Source of the DNA: Camelus ferus
Lineage: Eukaryota
Length of the DNA: 64,000 nt
Assembly (NCBI RefSeq): GCF_009834535.1
Contig: NC_045697.1
Location: 51,152,001-51,216,000, forward strand
Direction: 5' to 3'
Shown: piece by piece, positions 25,451 through 43,490 of the stretch
Position numbering within the stretch: the stretch's first letter is position 1
Layout: each line of letters begins with the position of its first letter
Program-made: the position numbers and the translations under genes
Notes under the pieces: generated by a model
Databases searched by the model: none
What the model saw: only the letters and a program-made list of their open reading frames with translations
Told to the model about the DNA's origin: nothing

Positions 25451-28400
25451 AATAGTATGCCCCATAACAGAATCAAGATTCAAAATGATTACCTTAACTC
25501 ACTAGAATAAAGAAGTGAAGTAAATGATATAAAATCTGGCAATCATTAATGAAAAGTTCTGCCCTGAAGTTCAAAAACTTCAATCTCAGAAATATAGGAA
25601 AGTGATCATATGAAAAGAATTAAAGGATTTTAGTGGACCCCAGTCTCACAAAAAGCTAAAGTATAGTGTGGATGATTTAAGTTAATACAATCCAAGATTG
25701 CATTAACATAAATATAAATGGAGTTCACAGAGAAATGTAACCTCAAGACTACTCAATGTTAGACCACTTGTGGTGTATTTTAACATGGATCATTTAAAAA
25801 ATTGTTTAGAGACAATGAAAAAGATATTTGTATTTATTTCAGTGGAAAGGACTTTTAAATTTACTTTCTTAACTAACTGCAAGATACATTTTTATAAATC
25901 AACATGATAGGTGGAACCACCAGGATCTAAAGGTTTGCATTTTATCTATGTTAATCTCTCTCCATAACTTTTTTTTTACTTGAATCTTCCTTTGATGTCT
26001 ATTTCTATTTTATAATATGTTTATATTTTTCATGGGTGTCTTTCACTTCCCCTCTACACCAGGAAAGACGTACCTATGTTTGACTACGGAGGTGGGAGAT
26101 GGTTGGTGTATTTAAGAGTATTGTGTCCTTCTATAGCCTCTTGAATGTGGCCTGTCTCTATCTATGTTTGCATACGCTGTGTACATCTGTGCCCACAAAT
26201 GTATCTTGGAACTAAGAGTCACTGCAGAATAAAATGCAGCCAGAAACAAACAAAAAAGCAGATCATTTTAAACTAACTAACTCTAAATTCACATTTATAT
26301 ATATTATGAATGAGAAACAGAGACTAACCAAACATGTTTCAACTTACTTGAATTCAAAGACTTCTGAAAACTGACTGGAGATAACACGTACCCAGAGACA
26401 CAATTAGCTCTACTCGTTCCTTTTCTACAGTAAAATCTACCCTCTCCTTGCTTTTCTCCTACTGTAGTTTTAGCTTTATAGTCCATGATTCCTTGTTGTT
26501 TATTGTCATTCCTGAGAAATTGTTCTGAATGTGGTCAACAGTCAATGACTCATCCAGTGGCTTCTTCAGCTTCCATACCAGCCAGTGGTAGGACAACCAA
26601 GGAGGATTAGAGATAAAAAGAGCCTTTGATGCTAAACCCTGAAAAGCAGAACTGTGGAGGCACTAACAAAGTTCCTCTTGAGAAGAGTATTTCTCTCTCA
26701 GAATGAGTGAAAAGTGAATGCTATTTTCATATTCTAGAAGGAGGTGCAGATTTTCATTAAGCTGACTCAGTGATTAAAAGACAGAGAGATTAAAAGGGGG
26801 AAAATACACAGAGGAAAGGAGAGAATTGGAGTGATAACACTTCTGCTTATACTGAATACTAAGTGATGAAATTACCTAAACACTTAAGGTTAAAATTTAA
26901 ATCTCAAACCTGTATTTGAGTAATGCTCACATTTGACTCTATTTTGTCCTACAAGTCCATTACTGGTAGCCTTTAACAATAAAATGCACTTAACATTTAA
27001 GCCATAGATCATGATACTCTATAAAAACCTTTAACTGCTAAGGATGTAGATGGAAATCATTACGTTAAGCTTCTCAATAATGAATGTCCATAAAAAATTT
27101 ATTTCTCATGAATTTTAATTTAACTATGAGAAACTAGGAGATGCAAAAGAAATTCTTTTAAGTTGTTTTAATAACTTAGGAAAAAGAAAGAGAAAACCAG
27201 GACTGAAGTAAACCAGCAAATTAACTTGCTTGTTAAAAAGGAAATTACAAGGATATATAGCCAGATGTTCTATCTGTATATTCATCACAAAGCAATTTAC
27301 CAGAGATTATTCAAAGTCTTTATTATGGTTTAGAAGGTGACTTTTAATGCTTAATATGCTTTCACTTGCCTGAGAATTAGAAAGCCACATGTCCAAAAAA
27401 TAATCTTTTGAGTATGACGTATATAGGTATGTGGCTACTGCACCTTTATTTTGAATTTCAGTTTTCTCTGTCACCATGTATTGGCCTTAACAGATTCACG
27501 GGTCAATTAAAAATAAAAATGCCTCTAAAATTAGTATTGCTTAACATATATTTTATCATTTAATTATTACTAAATATGCTATTATTTATGTTACTAAATA
27601 TTATTAGTATAACATTTTATATCCATATAATGCAGAACTTTCCTTTATTTTTCTCCTGATTTTTATGAAGTAAACAAATAGAATGGCAGTATGAAAAAAT
27701 ATATATTACTGGCATGCCCCTCTAACACAGTCACTGTTACTTTGCCCTTGTTCCCTTATTATTGTGCATATTTTAAGTTGTTGCTTTTGTAATAGACAAA
27801 ATGTTATGCTTTAAGTTTTTCACTTAAAATTATAGCAAAATGTTTTTTGCTTGCTGCATAGTTTCATAATTATTTTCTTAATGTGTGGATGCTCAGAGAC
27901 TTTGTAAAATGAAATAGGGTGTCACCTGTGGAAGGCCAGGTGATTAGTCAAGTCCACAATGTGCCAGTTACCTTGGTAGATTTCTTCACAGTCCCCTCAT
28001 TTTACAGGCTGGGACACCCAGTCTGTTCCCTGTCCCAAAACTGACTGAATATGGGGTCTCATTCATTCTAACAAACCTTGAAGAGACTGACATATGATGA
28101 AACTAAAATAGTAATCTATTAATTTCCAGTGAGAAGAAGTCAAGGTGCAAGCCTGCCTTCCTGTGTTTTCTTTGACCTGACTATCACGTTCTCTTCCTCT
28201 AGGCAAACTCCATGAGATGCCTAATGATAAGGAGCTGGCCTGATTAGAATGACTATAAACAAAATAGAATCCTTAAGTGATTTGAATGCCTGTCCCCATA
28301 ATAAAGCTAGTATGTACTTCTAAGCAAGATGATAATGTCTTAATCAGAGCTGAATGGGCACACACTTGTTTTAGTCTTCCAGATCTCACCTTTTTTGTTG

Positions 28401-29309
28401 TTTTCACTGCTGAACAACTTTATCCTCAATTGGCACATTCTTTCACTAAATGTGCCAGTAAGTTCATTCTGTTACAGTTATATACTTTGGACTAGAAAGC
28501 CATTCCCCTTCTGTCCTGATTCATTATGCTTTGATTTTGCTGCCTCCCTCTTGCAAAAAATTATTTTTCCTAAATCTTAGTTATTGAGAAACACTTAATA
28601 GTCCCCACATACCTCAAATATCCCTTACAAATGGCAACATAGTATTCCATTGGGTTCCCGCACTATAATTTACTTTAGCAATTCTCTCTCATTGGCCATT
28701 TGTATTTTTCCCTTCCATACCCTATGAAATCGTAATGCACATCATATACTCTTCTTTGAAATTTTTCACAAGAATAAATTCCTGTGAGTACTAGAGAATA
28801 AAAGGGAGAAGACATTTTTTATATTTATTGCCTAATAACTTCACAAAATGACTTGAACAATTTATACTTATACCAGCAAACTATAACAATTTCAAGATAA
28901 TCTCACCATTACTTAAATTTCTGAAATTTTAGTATGTTAACGGGAATAAAATTAAAATATGTTGCTATTTCAAATTTCACTTTAAATTATTACTGAAATT
29001 GGTCATTTTCTATGGCTCAGTATTAATTTTTGTTGTTAACTGAACCCAATTATATTCTTTGCTCATTTTTTTGAGGTATTATATATTACATTTCCAGTCA
29101 CTTAAATTCCTTTGCATTTTGATTTGCATCTCAGTAGTTTAAGGGTATCCTAAAACTAATAATTACAGATACTGAAATATATTAAAGATAATATTCTTCA
29201 AAGTATGGTAAACTCTCTGTTACATCGGCTATCAAACTCTACAGATAGAAAAATGGAGGGAAGGAGGGAAGAAGAGAATGAGCAAGAGAGAATGAGAATA
29301 GAACTTATA

Positions 29310-29378
29310 GACCTGAATCGCTTTGGCGTATACATGAAACTAACATTGTAAATCAACTACACTTCAATAAAAAATACA
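29310..29378 (+). mobile_element. Very short L1 3' terminal fragment
   Basis: 'gaaactaacattgtaaatcaactacacttcaataaaaaa', laurasiatherian L1 tail. Confidence 0.7.
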
Positions 29379-30276
29379 AAATTTTTAAAAGAACTTATTT
29401 ATATGACTTTTTATAACAAATAAATGAAAATATTTTTTATTATTTATAAATGACTGCTGTTTGCACTTTCAAAATGCAAGGCTCCCTACCATTCTTGATA
29501 ATAAATAGTATGCTAGGTTCTCATCACACTTAGACATTCTGCAGTGTAAGGTATGATTTTGTATATCCACCAACTTTTCTATTTCAAAATTCTAAATACA
29601 AGAATGCATAGATTTAGATATATACTGCCCAAGGCAACAAAGAGAGCCTTTCAACTATGCAAAGACAAGTCTTTTCCCGTTAGTCTAGTTTTGTCTGGTT
29701 CACTAAATCTTTTAGATCTAGATTGTCACAATGTACATCAGTAACATAGTACATGTATAAGGAAACAGACAGTGAAAACAAAATTAGAATATCAGACCCT
29801 GGATTAATGGCTTTGAAATGATTAAGGCATTTTGGGGTGAGAACAACTAGAATTGTAAGAGCGAATTGTTCCAATTTCTCACTCTGTAATATGAGTAAAA
29901 ATGAGGGGTGGAGTGTAGGGGTGGAGTGGAGAAAGAAGTGGAATGTTATGATGCTTAAACTATTCCTTCGTAAGCCCCACGACTATGTCTAAATGTTCCC
30001 TGGTATTCACCCAATGTAGTCAAATCACTTTGGAGGACAATGATTTTTACCACCCTCAACAAACATACTTGACTGTGGAATTTCACACTTAGAGATTAAC
30101 AGCAAAGTTTTCCAGTTAAGACACTTGGGCCAATAGATGGCTTTGTTTGCAACAAAGAGTATTATTTGCCTTCTGAACATGGAACCAACAGAAAGTATTA
30201 AAAATTATAGATGGTCACAGTTGATTTTAATACTTTAACATGAACCCTAAAATCCTAATTGAAAGAAAAAATTTTT

Positions 30277-31162
30277 TTCTTTTTTAATGTTATTTTATTG
30301 AGTTATAGTTGGTTTACAATGTTGTGTCAATTTCCAGTGTAGAGAACAATTTTTCAGTTATACATGAACATACATATATATTGCATTCTTTTTCACTGTG
30401 AGCTACCACAAGATCTTGTATATATTTCTCTGTGCTATACAGTATAATCTTGTTTATCTATTCTATATATACCTGCCAGTATCTACAAATTTTGAACTCC
30501 CAGTCTGTCCCTTCCCACCCCCCTCCCCCCTGGCAACCACAAGTTTCTATTATATGTCTATGAGTCTGTTTCTGTTTTATATTTATGTTCATTTGTCTTT
30601 TTCTTTTCTTTTTTTTTTTTTAGATTCCACATATGAGTGATCTTATATAGTGTTTTTCTTTCTTTTTCTGACTTACTTCACTTAAGAATGACATTCTCCA
30701 GGGACATCTATGTTGCTACAAATGGCATTATGTTGTCATTTTTATGGCTGAATAGTATTCCATTGTGTAAATATACCATCTCTTCTTTATCCAGTCATCT
30801 GTCGATGGACACTTAGGCTGTTTCCATGACTTGGCTATTGTAAATAGTGCTGTTGTGAACACTGGGGTGCAGGTATCTTTTTGAAGTAGGCTTCCTTCTG
30901 GATATATGTCCAGGAGTGGGATTACTGGTTCATATGATAAATCTATTCCTAGTCTTTTGAGGAATCTCTAAACTATTTTCCACAGTGGCTGCACCAAACT
31001 GCATTCCCACCAGCAGTGCAGGAGGATCCCCTTTTCTCCATAGTCTCTCCAGTATTTAACATTTGTGGACTTTTGAATGATGGCCATTCTGACTGGTGTG
31101 AGGTGATACCTCACTGTAGTTTTGATTTGCATTTCTCTGATAATTAGTGATATTGACCATTT
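30277..31162 (-). mobile_element. Young 5'-truncated L1 with perfect 18-bp TSD
   Basis: TTGAAAGAAAAAATTTTT at 30259-30276 and 31163-31180; T-rich tail at left; antisense ORF2 end 'ctggtgtgaggtgatacctcactgtagttttgatttgcatttctctgataattag'. Confidence 0.95.
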
Positions 31163-31739
31163 TTGAAAGAAAAAATTTTTGACAGGAATCTGTCAAATAT
31201 ATACAATTTAAATATATATGTTGTATATATATTTAAACTATACATATATTTAAAATATATACACATATATAATTTATATTCTCAAAAAGGTTATTTTCTA
31301 AATATCCTTAGAAAGTAAATGATTTTTCAAAAATCTATTCATGTTTTTAAAATATAAAGTCTTAATAATCATGCCATAAAATTATCTGGAAAAAGGCATT
31401 TTCTGCTTCTTTAAATGCATATGGCCTTCAGGTAAAGAAAAAAAAAAAACTCAGCCTTTAGCTCTTACATGTTACTGAATTTTTCCATCAATGTTTCATC
31501 ATGCCCCTTCCCACATGTTCTAACTTCAAGCTGAACATTGAGGTAGAAAGCACAGAGTAGAAGTTGCACAAATTGTTGCCAACCTAACCTCCTTTTAAAA
31601 GTGTTTTCAACCATGAGTCCCTATTCCTAACCACCTCCAGTCTAAACTACTTCTCTGGGTCCTAGACCTTCCATTATCTGGACCTAACTTTCCCAATAAT
31701 CCTGAAAATTCTTCTTCTCTTCTGGTTGGGCCTATTAAA

Positions 31740-32490
31740 CTCATTCATTCAATAAATGTTTGTTGAGTGATTACTATGTGGCACACACCAAACCACAATG
31801 CAGTGATGGCACAGGCTCCAGAACCAGACAGATCAAGTTTAAATATAGGTTAAAATACCACTTACTGTGAGGTTCCTTAACTTCCATTTGCCTCTTTTCC
31901 CTTATCTGCCAAAAAAGGCTAAAAAGTATTATAATTTTATTGTAAAGATTAAAGAAAATAATATATATCAAGTGCATAGAACAATTCCTAGCACACAGAA
32001 AACCCTCAACAAATAATACAGGTTATTTGGGAGAGTGCAGTGTTTAAGAAAAAAAAAAAAAATTGGTAAGTGCTATTCCAGGGGAAGTACAGGGTGTTAT
32101 GGCAGGGCCAAAGAAGGCAACTACTTTGTCAGGACAGTTTTCCCAGGGAAGTGACATTGAAGCTGAATCCTGCAATATAAATTGGAGTCAGCTTGGTAAT
32201 AGAAGAAAGGAGTGGTCTAAGCAAGGAGAATTATATATGAAAAGGCCCAGAAATGCATTAACATCGTACTTTGGAGAAACCGAATGAAATTCAATAGAGC
32301 CAAGGAATGAGAGATGAGGCAGAGAAGTGGGGTAGGATCCAGGTCAAAGATTCTTTGAGTTTCACCTCTATATCAAGAATAATAATAAGCAATCTGGGGA
32401 TTTTTAAGAAGAAAGGCAATCTGACCCAATTTAGATTTGAAAATAGGTGGCTGCAGAGTAGAGAACAGATTGGAGAGAAAATGGAGAACA
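31740..32490. mobile_element. L2 fragments (minus) interrupted by a MIR (about 31795-32020, plus)
   Basis: 'cattcattcaataaatgtttgttgagtg' L2 tail; 'ccacttactgtgaggttccttaacttcc' MIR core; 'ggaagtgacattgaagctga' L2. Confidence 0.65.
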
Positions 32491-32769
32491 GGATCATCTC
32501 TTATGTCTTACATTTAGGACATGCTCTACCATCTTTCATAGACCAGATAAACACCATAGTCTGTGGAAAGCCTTTCTTACTTCTTGAGCTCTCATTGATC
32601 ACTTTCTTCTTTTTAAACTCCAATAGCATTTTTTTTTCTTTTCACTCTGACAATGCACCTTTAATCCATAACTTCACTACAAGGCTAGTATCTGAGGGGA
32701 GGAAGGTAGAGGGGAGGATTAGTCATTTGTCTTTTCAAGCACAGCTCCAAGAAAGACTCTTAAGCTGTT

Positions 32770-33770
32770 CAGGTCTTGCAGGCTGGACTCCTAGAAAGTA
32801 GATTCTGAAATTGAGTTTAGTGTGCAGAGAGTACTCATGGGACTAACGAGTACCCATGGGATTGACACCTGTGGAAGGGAGAGAAAGGAAGCAGGGGTAG
32901 GAGAGGGGAAAGCTGAGCAATAGCTCCAACCAACCCCATTGGAAACTTTAGAGCTCGAATGGCCTTTCAGATGGCAAGGCCTTTATATTCAATCTGCTAT
33001 TGGATATAAAGACTTCCCGTGTGGGTCTCTGGAACTGAGCCTATGTCAAAAATATGGCCTTATATGATTGCCTGTGTTTTCTGACACTAGAACTGCTATG
33101 TCCTCTTCATCTCTGAGGAAACTATAATAAATGTATCTCTGAAACCTTTGGGATTAATGTCTATGCTGGATTGTGGGAATTTAGCTAATGCTAAAAACCG
33201 TATTTCCCAAAATTTCTTTCCCTCTATGGCACTAAGTCAGAGTTGACCAAAGAGGAAGTGCATGAGACTGAAAAGACAAAAATTAAGCAGAGGCCATTAC
33301 TCTCAGAAAGTCACTGTGGTCAGACATGGTGACAAACAGACACAGAGTATTGGCAGGTCCCATCTTATCCTCCCCTGCATTTGGCTCATCTTCACAGTTG
33401 CTGGCCTTAATGGCCAACAGTGACCCCAGGCTCTCCACCAGGTATTTGACTGTGGACCCACAAAGGCAGTAGCCACATGAAGGCAATAACTTTCCAGAGG
33501 CAGCAATTTCCATAGACCTCAACTCAAGTTACCCCCTTCACTATTGCACTTTGGCAGCCTGAAGTACTTGGCTTCTTGCTTTTCCCTGCAAACTTCAACT
33601 TGTCCACAAGGCAGATATTTAAAAAGTATTGATTGACTATGATTTTTCTGAGTCTCTGACTTCCCTCTGCCAAACATTCATTTTCACAGCTCCTTTCACG
33701 TTTAATAAATTCCTTATTCTCACAAATTTTATAGTGGCTCTATTATCCTGAAAGAATCCTGAATGATGTC
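32770..33770. mobile_element. Old ERVL-class LTR remnants (probably two)
   Basis: 'gacacctgtggaagggagagaaaggaagcagg'; LTR-like end 'aataaattccttattc...agtggctctattatcctgaaagaatcctgaatgat'. Confidence 0.45.
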
Positions 33771-35729
33771 CTTTCCAGCCAAATAAGTTAAAGGAAAGAG
33801 AGAAGATATCAGTGATCCACAGTGGTAATTATCTTTCAAGAGTGGAAGATCCTCTTCACTTCAGTCTCAGTCATACCCTGCCATCTGTCTCCTTCTCTTA
33901 ATGTAAAGAGAGGCCTCCATCTTCTCCATGGAGGAATCTCTGCCTTAAGGGTACCTCAGGTTGAGATGAACCCTGCCTGTGCACATATTTCTAGAGAAAG
34001 CTATCTGTGATGATAATTAATTACACAATATATGAAACTGGATATGCTCACTGTAAACACTGTCTTTAAGATGCAAACACAATTATAGAGACAGCTTAAA
34101 CTCTTCCATAACCTCATGTTCTTAACAAAGAGTAGCACAAATTAAAAAGGAGCTAAGCATATGTCAGGTGTGTCAGATTCTTCCAGGAAGTCAAACTCCA
34201 TATCATGTATATATCAGGTACATATAAGGAAGAGGAATCTATGAATTTATTGATGGACAAGGTTAATCATGTCTGAGAGTCTTTGCTCGAAGGCTGACGT
34301 GGCCCTACAACCACAGCTAGAAGAGAAAGACTTTATCAGAGGGCAGCAAGAGGCAGACACTTGGGCCAAACAGCATCTGAGGGAGCTCTAGAATTACTGG
34401 AAGCAGCCCTGAAGAATAAAGGTGTTTCACCAAAGTGAATCCCAAAGGTTGACTTGGCTGGATACTGAGGTTCATTCAAGACCCAAACATTACCCATGAG
34501 AATGTATGGTAATCCTTTTTTTCTGGCAAAACGTTCTAATGCACACCACTGCTTAAAAGATTTGCGTCTAGAATCAAAGCAGGCTCAGGATGCTCTAGGA
34601 AAAATTATACCTGGATCCTCAGGGCTCATTAAATAACTGTTACTGGTATGTCACAGCCCTTCCCCTTCATATATATTTAGTATAATTCTTAGTGCTTCCA
34701 CCAAGATAGGGCACACAGTATCCTTTACATGAGATCACATTCTGCTTCAGAGTCTGCTGCCTTGCTAATTAAGATGTTCCAAACCCATAAACTACCTGGC
34801 AATTTAGAGTGATACTATGTATTGCAATAATTCTTGCATCCCTCAAATACTTCAGTGCCTGAATTCATCCCTCTTCTACTCATTATCCACAGATGAAGGC
34901 AAAAAAGAATGATCCACGAGGTACAGAAAGAAAGAAAACTTCCATAGCTACATATCAAATTAGCAATATGACTTAGGTCACCCATCTTATAACAGAGAAG
35001 TTGGCCTTTGACAGTATTAATATACCCTTCTTCAGCAAATATGGATTTCACGCCCACTGCTTTCCTTTTTGCTTAGCACCACCATAACTTTTACACAAGT
35101 CAATTCCTAGAAGAAATCCAAAACAACCCAAGTGAGTTATGGACATCTCCAGATACAAGAGGGATGGTTTTCATATTCCCCATCAGTTCAGTTTCTACAG
35201 CCAGCACTGTCCAGACAAAACACGTGGCCTGGCAGTTGCTGTGTTTATGACAACCCTAGTCAGATCCTTTGGCCACTTTCCACTGTCCATCCACCTCAAA
35301 GAAATTTACCATGCCTTGCACCTGGGCTTCCATTATAAGGCAAATTGTATGGTCATCCATCCTCTGTTTCACCATTATCACTATAACACTTTCCATTTTC
35401 TTTCTTCAGATCAGTTCCCACCCTTTTCTTTGTCTTCCAAACTTTAGTAAAGAGCCCAGTACAATAGCCAGGCCTTCTCCAGAAAATTTCCCTGTATCCT
35501 TAGAAGCTTATCTCGAGTTCTCACTTTATTCCCTTGCTTTAATTGGAATTTGGCTGTTCCTTGAAGATACCCCTACCTCTAAGACCCTCTTCAGTGCATG
35601 TTTGTTGGCAGGTAAGAGAGAGTTCTTGTCTAATGGCTTCTATTTTTCTTAGTAAAATAGAAGATGAGATCATCTAAAAGACGATCTTCTAAAAGATCAA
35701 GGAGCTAGGAGGATGGGTCAGAGATTGGA

Positions 35730-36710
35730 GGAAAATGTCATCCCTCACTTCCAATTCATCAGCAAGTCTTATTTGCTCTGATTTCAAAATATATCTTAAA
35801 CCCAACTACTTCCAGCTACCTCCACAATTAACATGGCAGTCTGGGCCAGCACTATATCTTTGTTTTTTAATTATTTTTTTGCCGGGGGAGGTAACTATGT
35901 TTATTTATTTATTTAATAGAGGTACTGGGGATTGAACCCAGGACCTCATGCATGCTAAGCATGCACTCTACCACTGAGCTATACCCTCTGCCCCCAGCAT
36001 TATATATTGCCTGCATCTACCAACTCAGCATTCTGACTGGCCTCCCTACAAATTTTTGGCCTCCTTTGCATAAGCAAGTAGGAGGACTTTTTCAAAATAC
36101 AAATCATAGCACTCTCTTGCTTAATATACTTCAGTGGCATCTTATCTTTCTTTGGGTAAAGGCAGAAATTCTTACAATATCCCTCCTTCACCTCCTTGGC
36201 CTTTGTCTGCTTCTTAGGCTCATCTGGCAAAATGCTTTTCATTTTTCATGACACAATGGCAACAATAGCCTTCTTTCAACTACTTGAAGCCACAATAATT
36301 CCTTTTAATACAGAGTCTTAGGTTGAATGGACTTTATTCTTCCCTTATCTTGTTAAGTCCTATTTTCCCTTAAGGTCTCAGATCAACCATAATTTCTCAG
36401 GAAAGCACTATTATTCTTTCTTATAGTACCGTGTACTTTGTCCTTATAGCACTAAACATAGTTATAGCTTTCCACTAATTATAGTTAAATTTATATTTGC
36501 TTAAATGGGATAGTTACATTACTATATTATATTTAGCAATAACTTCCATTAAATAATTTTTGGATTAATGTATAATGTCTTCCCCTACTTAGCTTGTAAG
36601 CTCAATAATAGTAGGGATCATGTCTGTTTTTATTCATTGTTGCATCCCCAAGTTCTAGCCCAATGTCTAATCATATGTGGTAGGTGCTCAATGAGTATCT
36701 GTTAAATAAA
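35730..36710 (+). mobile_element. L2 LINE 3' region, interrupted by a SINE
   Basis: 'ccaattcatcagcaagtc...ttcaaaatatatc', 'ctgactggcctcc', end 'gtaggtgctcaatgagtatctgttaaataaat'. Confidence 0.75.
35858..35993 (-). mobile_element. tRNA-Ala-derived camelid-type SINE (Vic-1-like), long form
   Basis: 'gtactggggattgaacccaggacctcatgcatgctaagcatgcactctaccactgagctataccctc'; TSD ccagcactatat (35846-35857) / ccagcattatat (35994-36005). Confidence 0.93.
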
Positions 36711-37112
36711 TAAAAGCTGAACTTGACAGCCTTGAACACTAAGGCAGGCAATACAGAGAGTAGACTCTGTGGCGCTACTCATTATAGATATGTACCACCT
36801 ATTACCACTTTCTAACCTATACAAGAATAAGGTTTCTGACCCACAAAGTGGAGGCCTTCCAATTCCAGGTTTTCCATCCTTGCATCCCAAATTAATTTCA
36901 CTAATCCCTGTGCATATGTCCCTAGAACTTCACTCTGAATACAATGCCTTTGCAACTTACCCTAGCTGCCAGAGACAAGGAGCAAAAATACACAGTAGGG
37001 AATGATCTGGACTTTGCCATTACTATAGCTATCCCTGGTACTTTGTCTGGTACTTAGTAGAGTAAAACACATATGAACAACTACTGATGTGAATCCCTCA
37101 TCTAGGGTCCAC

Positions 37113-37218
37113 TGGTTTTGGTTGAGGCACTGCTCCATGATCAGAAATAGACCTACAAAAGTGGGTGGTTTTGGTTGAGGCACTGCTCCATGATCAGAAA
37201 TAGACCTACAAAAGTGGG
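37113..37218 (+). repeat. Perfect 53-bp tandem duplication
   Basis: tggttttggttgaggcactgctccatgatcagaaatagacctacaaaagtggg x2 (37113-37165, 37166-37218). Confidence 0.95.
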
Positions 37219-38469
37219 GATTGAGTCCTTAAAGAATAATGAAAGTGAAGCAGTCTGAAGTGGGAATGATCATTAGAATACTCTTTTGAGAACAAGCCAA
37301 GAATCAGAAAGAAGAAATTAAACACCAAAGTCTAGTTCAAAGGACAGGAGCAGAACTATAAATTGGGAAAGGAACTGCAGTCAAAGGCCAGATGGACTAC
37401 GGAATGAATGAGTGCAGATCAGGAACCAGGGAGATGTCTACACAATAATTATAGTGAACAGATCAGAGTAGGCAAATGCCTAGGACCATGGCCATGATGA
37501 CTGATTTAAGGCATAGAAGTGAAATAGAACATCCTACTAAAGAAAATTGATTCCTTCCAGGGCAATCCCTGGGAGTGTCCCCTTCCTTAAAATGGCAAGC
37601 TTGGGTGTTTGTGTAGTGGTCAGAAAGAAGACCGCCCCCTAACCAATTTCTTTTAATTCAGGCCCCCTCACATACTCAGCATGTGACCCAAACCCAATAA
37701 CAATTAAGCTGCAGTAACAGGTAAGCTTCTCTGGTGACTAACAGGGAGCTTCAAATAATTCACCCCTTCTCACATTTAGAGTGCTAAATCCACTGAGCTT
37801 CATTGCCATCATTTTCCTGTGTTGACAAACTCAAGACCTCCAATTTATCTTCTGGCTTTTAGTCAAATAGTCATCCCTTGCATCAGACAACAGATTCAGT
37901 TTCGGCAGCCTAGGCTCAGATTTTGACTTGGGCAATGCTTTATACTTATTTTTTAAATCTCTAGATATTGCTTCTAGATATTCCAGATAATTAACTAACC
38001 TACATAACATTTTCTCTGGAGTACTTTACCTAGCTTAAAATTTAATGGCTAATGTCTCTATCCAACCTGTCCTAAACTTTCCCACTCTCAGGGTAGCAAG
38101 AGCAGGATTTATAGAATATACAATTTAATGTGTATTTAGTTACCATTTTGTAAATAATTGTCCAGTTCTTTGCTGTTTCATATATATAGGCCATATCTCA
38201 CTAAATAAATTTCTTGAGGAATGGGCTTGATTTTATATTACTTCCCTAGTGCTTATAATACTAAGCACCTAATCAATATATTGAGTTTGCAAATAAAAAC
38301 AAATTGTAGATGAGGTACAACAGGTATGGCAATATTTAGCCTCATTCAAAGAAGTCATCCTGAGAAGTCAAGTGCTATCAGATCCCATTCAACACTTCTA
38401 CAACAAAATTTGATAAAATGCTATAATCTTAATAAGGGCAACAGTTTTAAAAATGAAGTGTTCATTTGT

Positions 38470-41870
<3,401 letters not shown>

Positions 41871-41879
41871 AAAGACCTC

Positions 41880-43490
41880 TTCTTATTATTTAAATGTCTT
41901 TAAAAGATAATTGACTCCTTGAAAAAACAAAAAGTAATAACATATTGTGGTACTTATAAAATATGAAGAAGTAAAATGTAAGGCAAAAATTGTAAAAAGG
42001 CCCAAAAAGAAAAATAGAATTATACTTGTATTACTTGTTGTAAGGTTTTTACACTATACATTAAGTAATATAATATAATTTGAAGTTAAATGTGGTAAGT
42101 TAAAGAAATATGAGCTCTAAATCAACAACTAAAACTCTGTATCTCTTTATTGTGAATAATAAAGAGTTGCATCTAATAAGCTGACAAAGGAGAAAAGGAG
42201 ATACAAAGAAATAAAAATTGAAAAATTGCTCTAAAAAGGGTAGAAAAATAGGAAAATGGGAATTAAGAACAGATGGGACAAACAGAAAACAAGTAGCAAA
42301 ACTATGTATTTAAACTCAAACATATCAACAATCACATTAAATGTAAATGATCTAAACAGTCTCATTTAAAAACTGGAGATTTTAAGATCAGGTAAAAAGC
42401 AAGACCCAACTATGTTAACATATAAGTTTTTTTAAAAAGATGAAAAAAATTAAACACCATGTTAAAACTAATCAAAAGAAAGCTGGAGTGCTTATATAAA
42501 TATCAAACAAAATAGATTTCAGATCAAATAATATTACCAGTGTTGAAGAAGGACATAAAATGGACAAATACCTTGAAATACACAAACTACCAAAGCTCAT
42601 TCAAGAAGAAACAGATAATCTACATAACTCTATAGCTATTACAGAAATTGAATTTTATTTAAAAATCTTCCCACAAAGAAAACTGTAGACTTATATATCT
42701 TCATTAGCAAATTCTACCAAATATTTAAATAAGAGATAATACCAATTCTACACAAACTCTTCCAGAAAATTGATGAGGAGGGAATACTTCCCAAATCATT
42801 CTATAAGGACCACATTACTTGATATCAAAACCATACAACAATATTATAAGAAAAGAAAACTACAAACCAATACATCTCATGCTTATACATGCAGTGTCCT
42901 TAAAATATTATCAAATAAAATACAATAATATACAAAACAGATAATACATCATAAGGGGTTTATCCCAGGAATGTAAATTTATTTTAATATTCAAAAACCA
43001 ATCAATATAATTCATATAGTAACAGACTAAGACAGAAAACCCACATGATCATCTCAATAAATACAGAAAAATATTTGAGAAATACAAAATACATGCCTGG
43101 TAAAAACTCTCATAAAACCAGAAACAGAAGGGAACTTTCTTAACCTGATAGAAAACACATATGAGAAACTATGGTTAACATCATACTTATAGCGAAAGAC
43201 TAAATGCTTTCTAAAATCAGGAACAAAGAAAGGAGATTTATCTTACTACTTTCAATCAACATTGTACTGCTCGTTCTAGCCAATGAAATTAGGAAAGAAA
43301 AATAATTTAAAAACATCTAGACTGGAAAAGAAAAGGTATAACTCCTTTTATTCACAGACAACATGATTCCTGTGAAATAAATCCTATAATGTGTACAAAT
43401 AAGTTACTAGAACTAATAAGGAAGTTTAGCAACGTTGCAGGATATCAGATCCATATACAAAAATCAGCTATATTTCTATATAGAACAGAG
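41880..43490 (+). mobile_element. Older L1 fragments (inter-ORF, EN and RT pieces)
   Basis: 'atcacattaaatgtaaatgatctaaac', 'aaatggacaaataccttgaaatacacaaactacc', 'gtttagcaacgttgcaggata'. Confidence 0.88.

Noticed and set aside
32307..32801. 164-aa plus-strand ORF
   Set aside because: Starts within decayed L2 sequence; no recognisable protein features or exon context.
37113..37218. Possible CRISPR-like or regulatory repeat array
   Set aside because: Only two adjacent identical units, no spacers, mammalian context.
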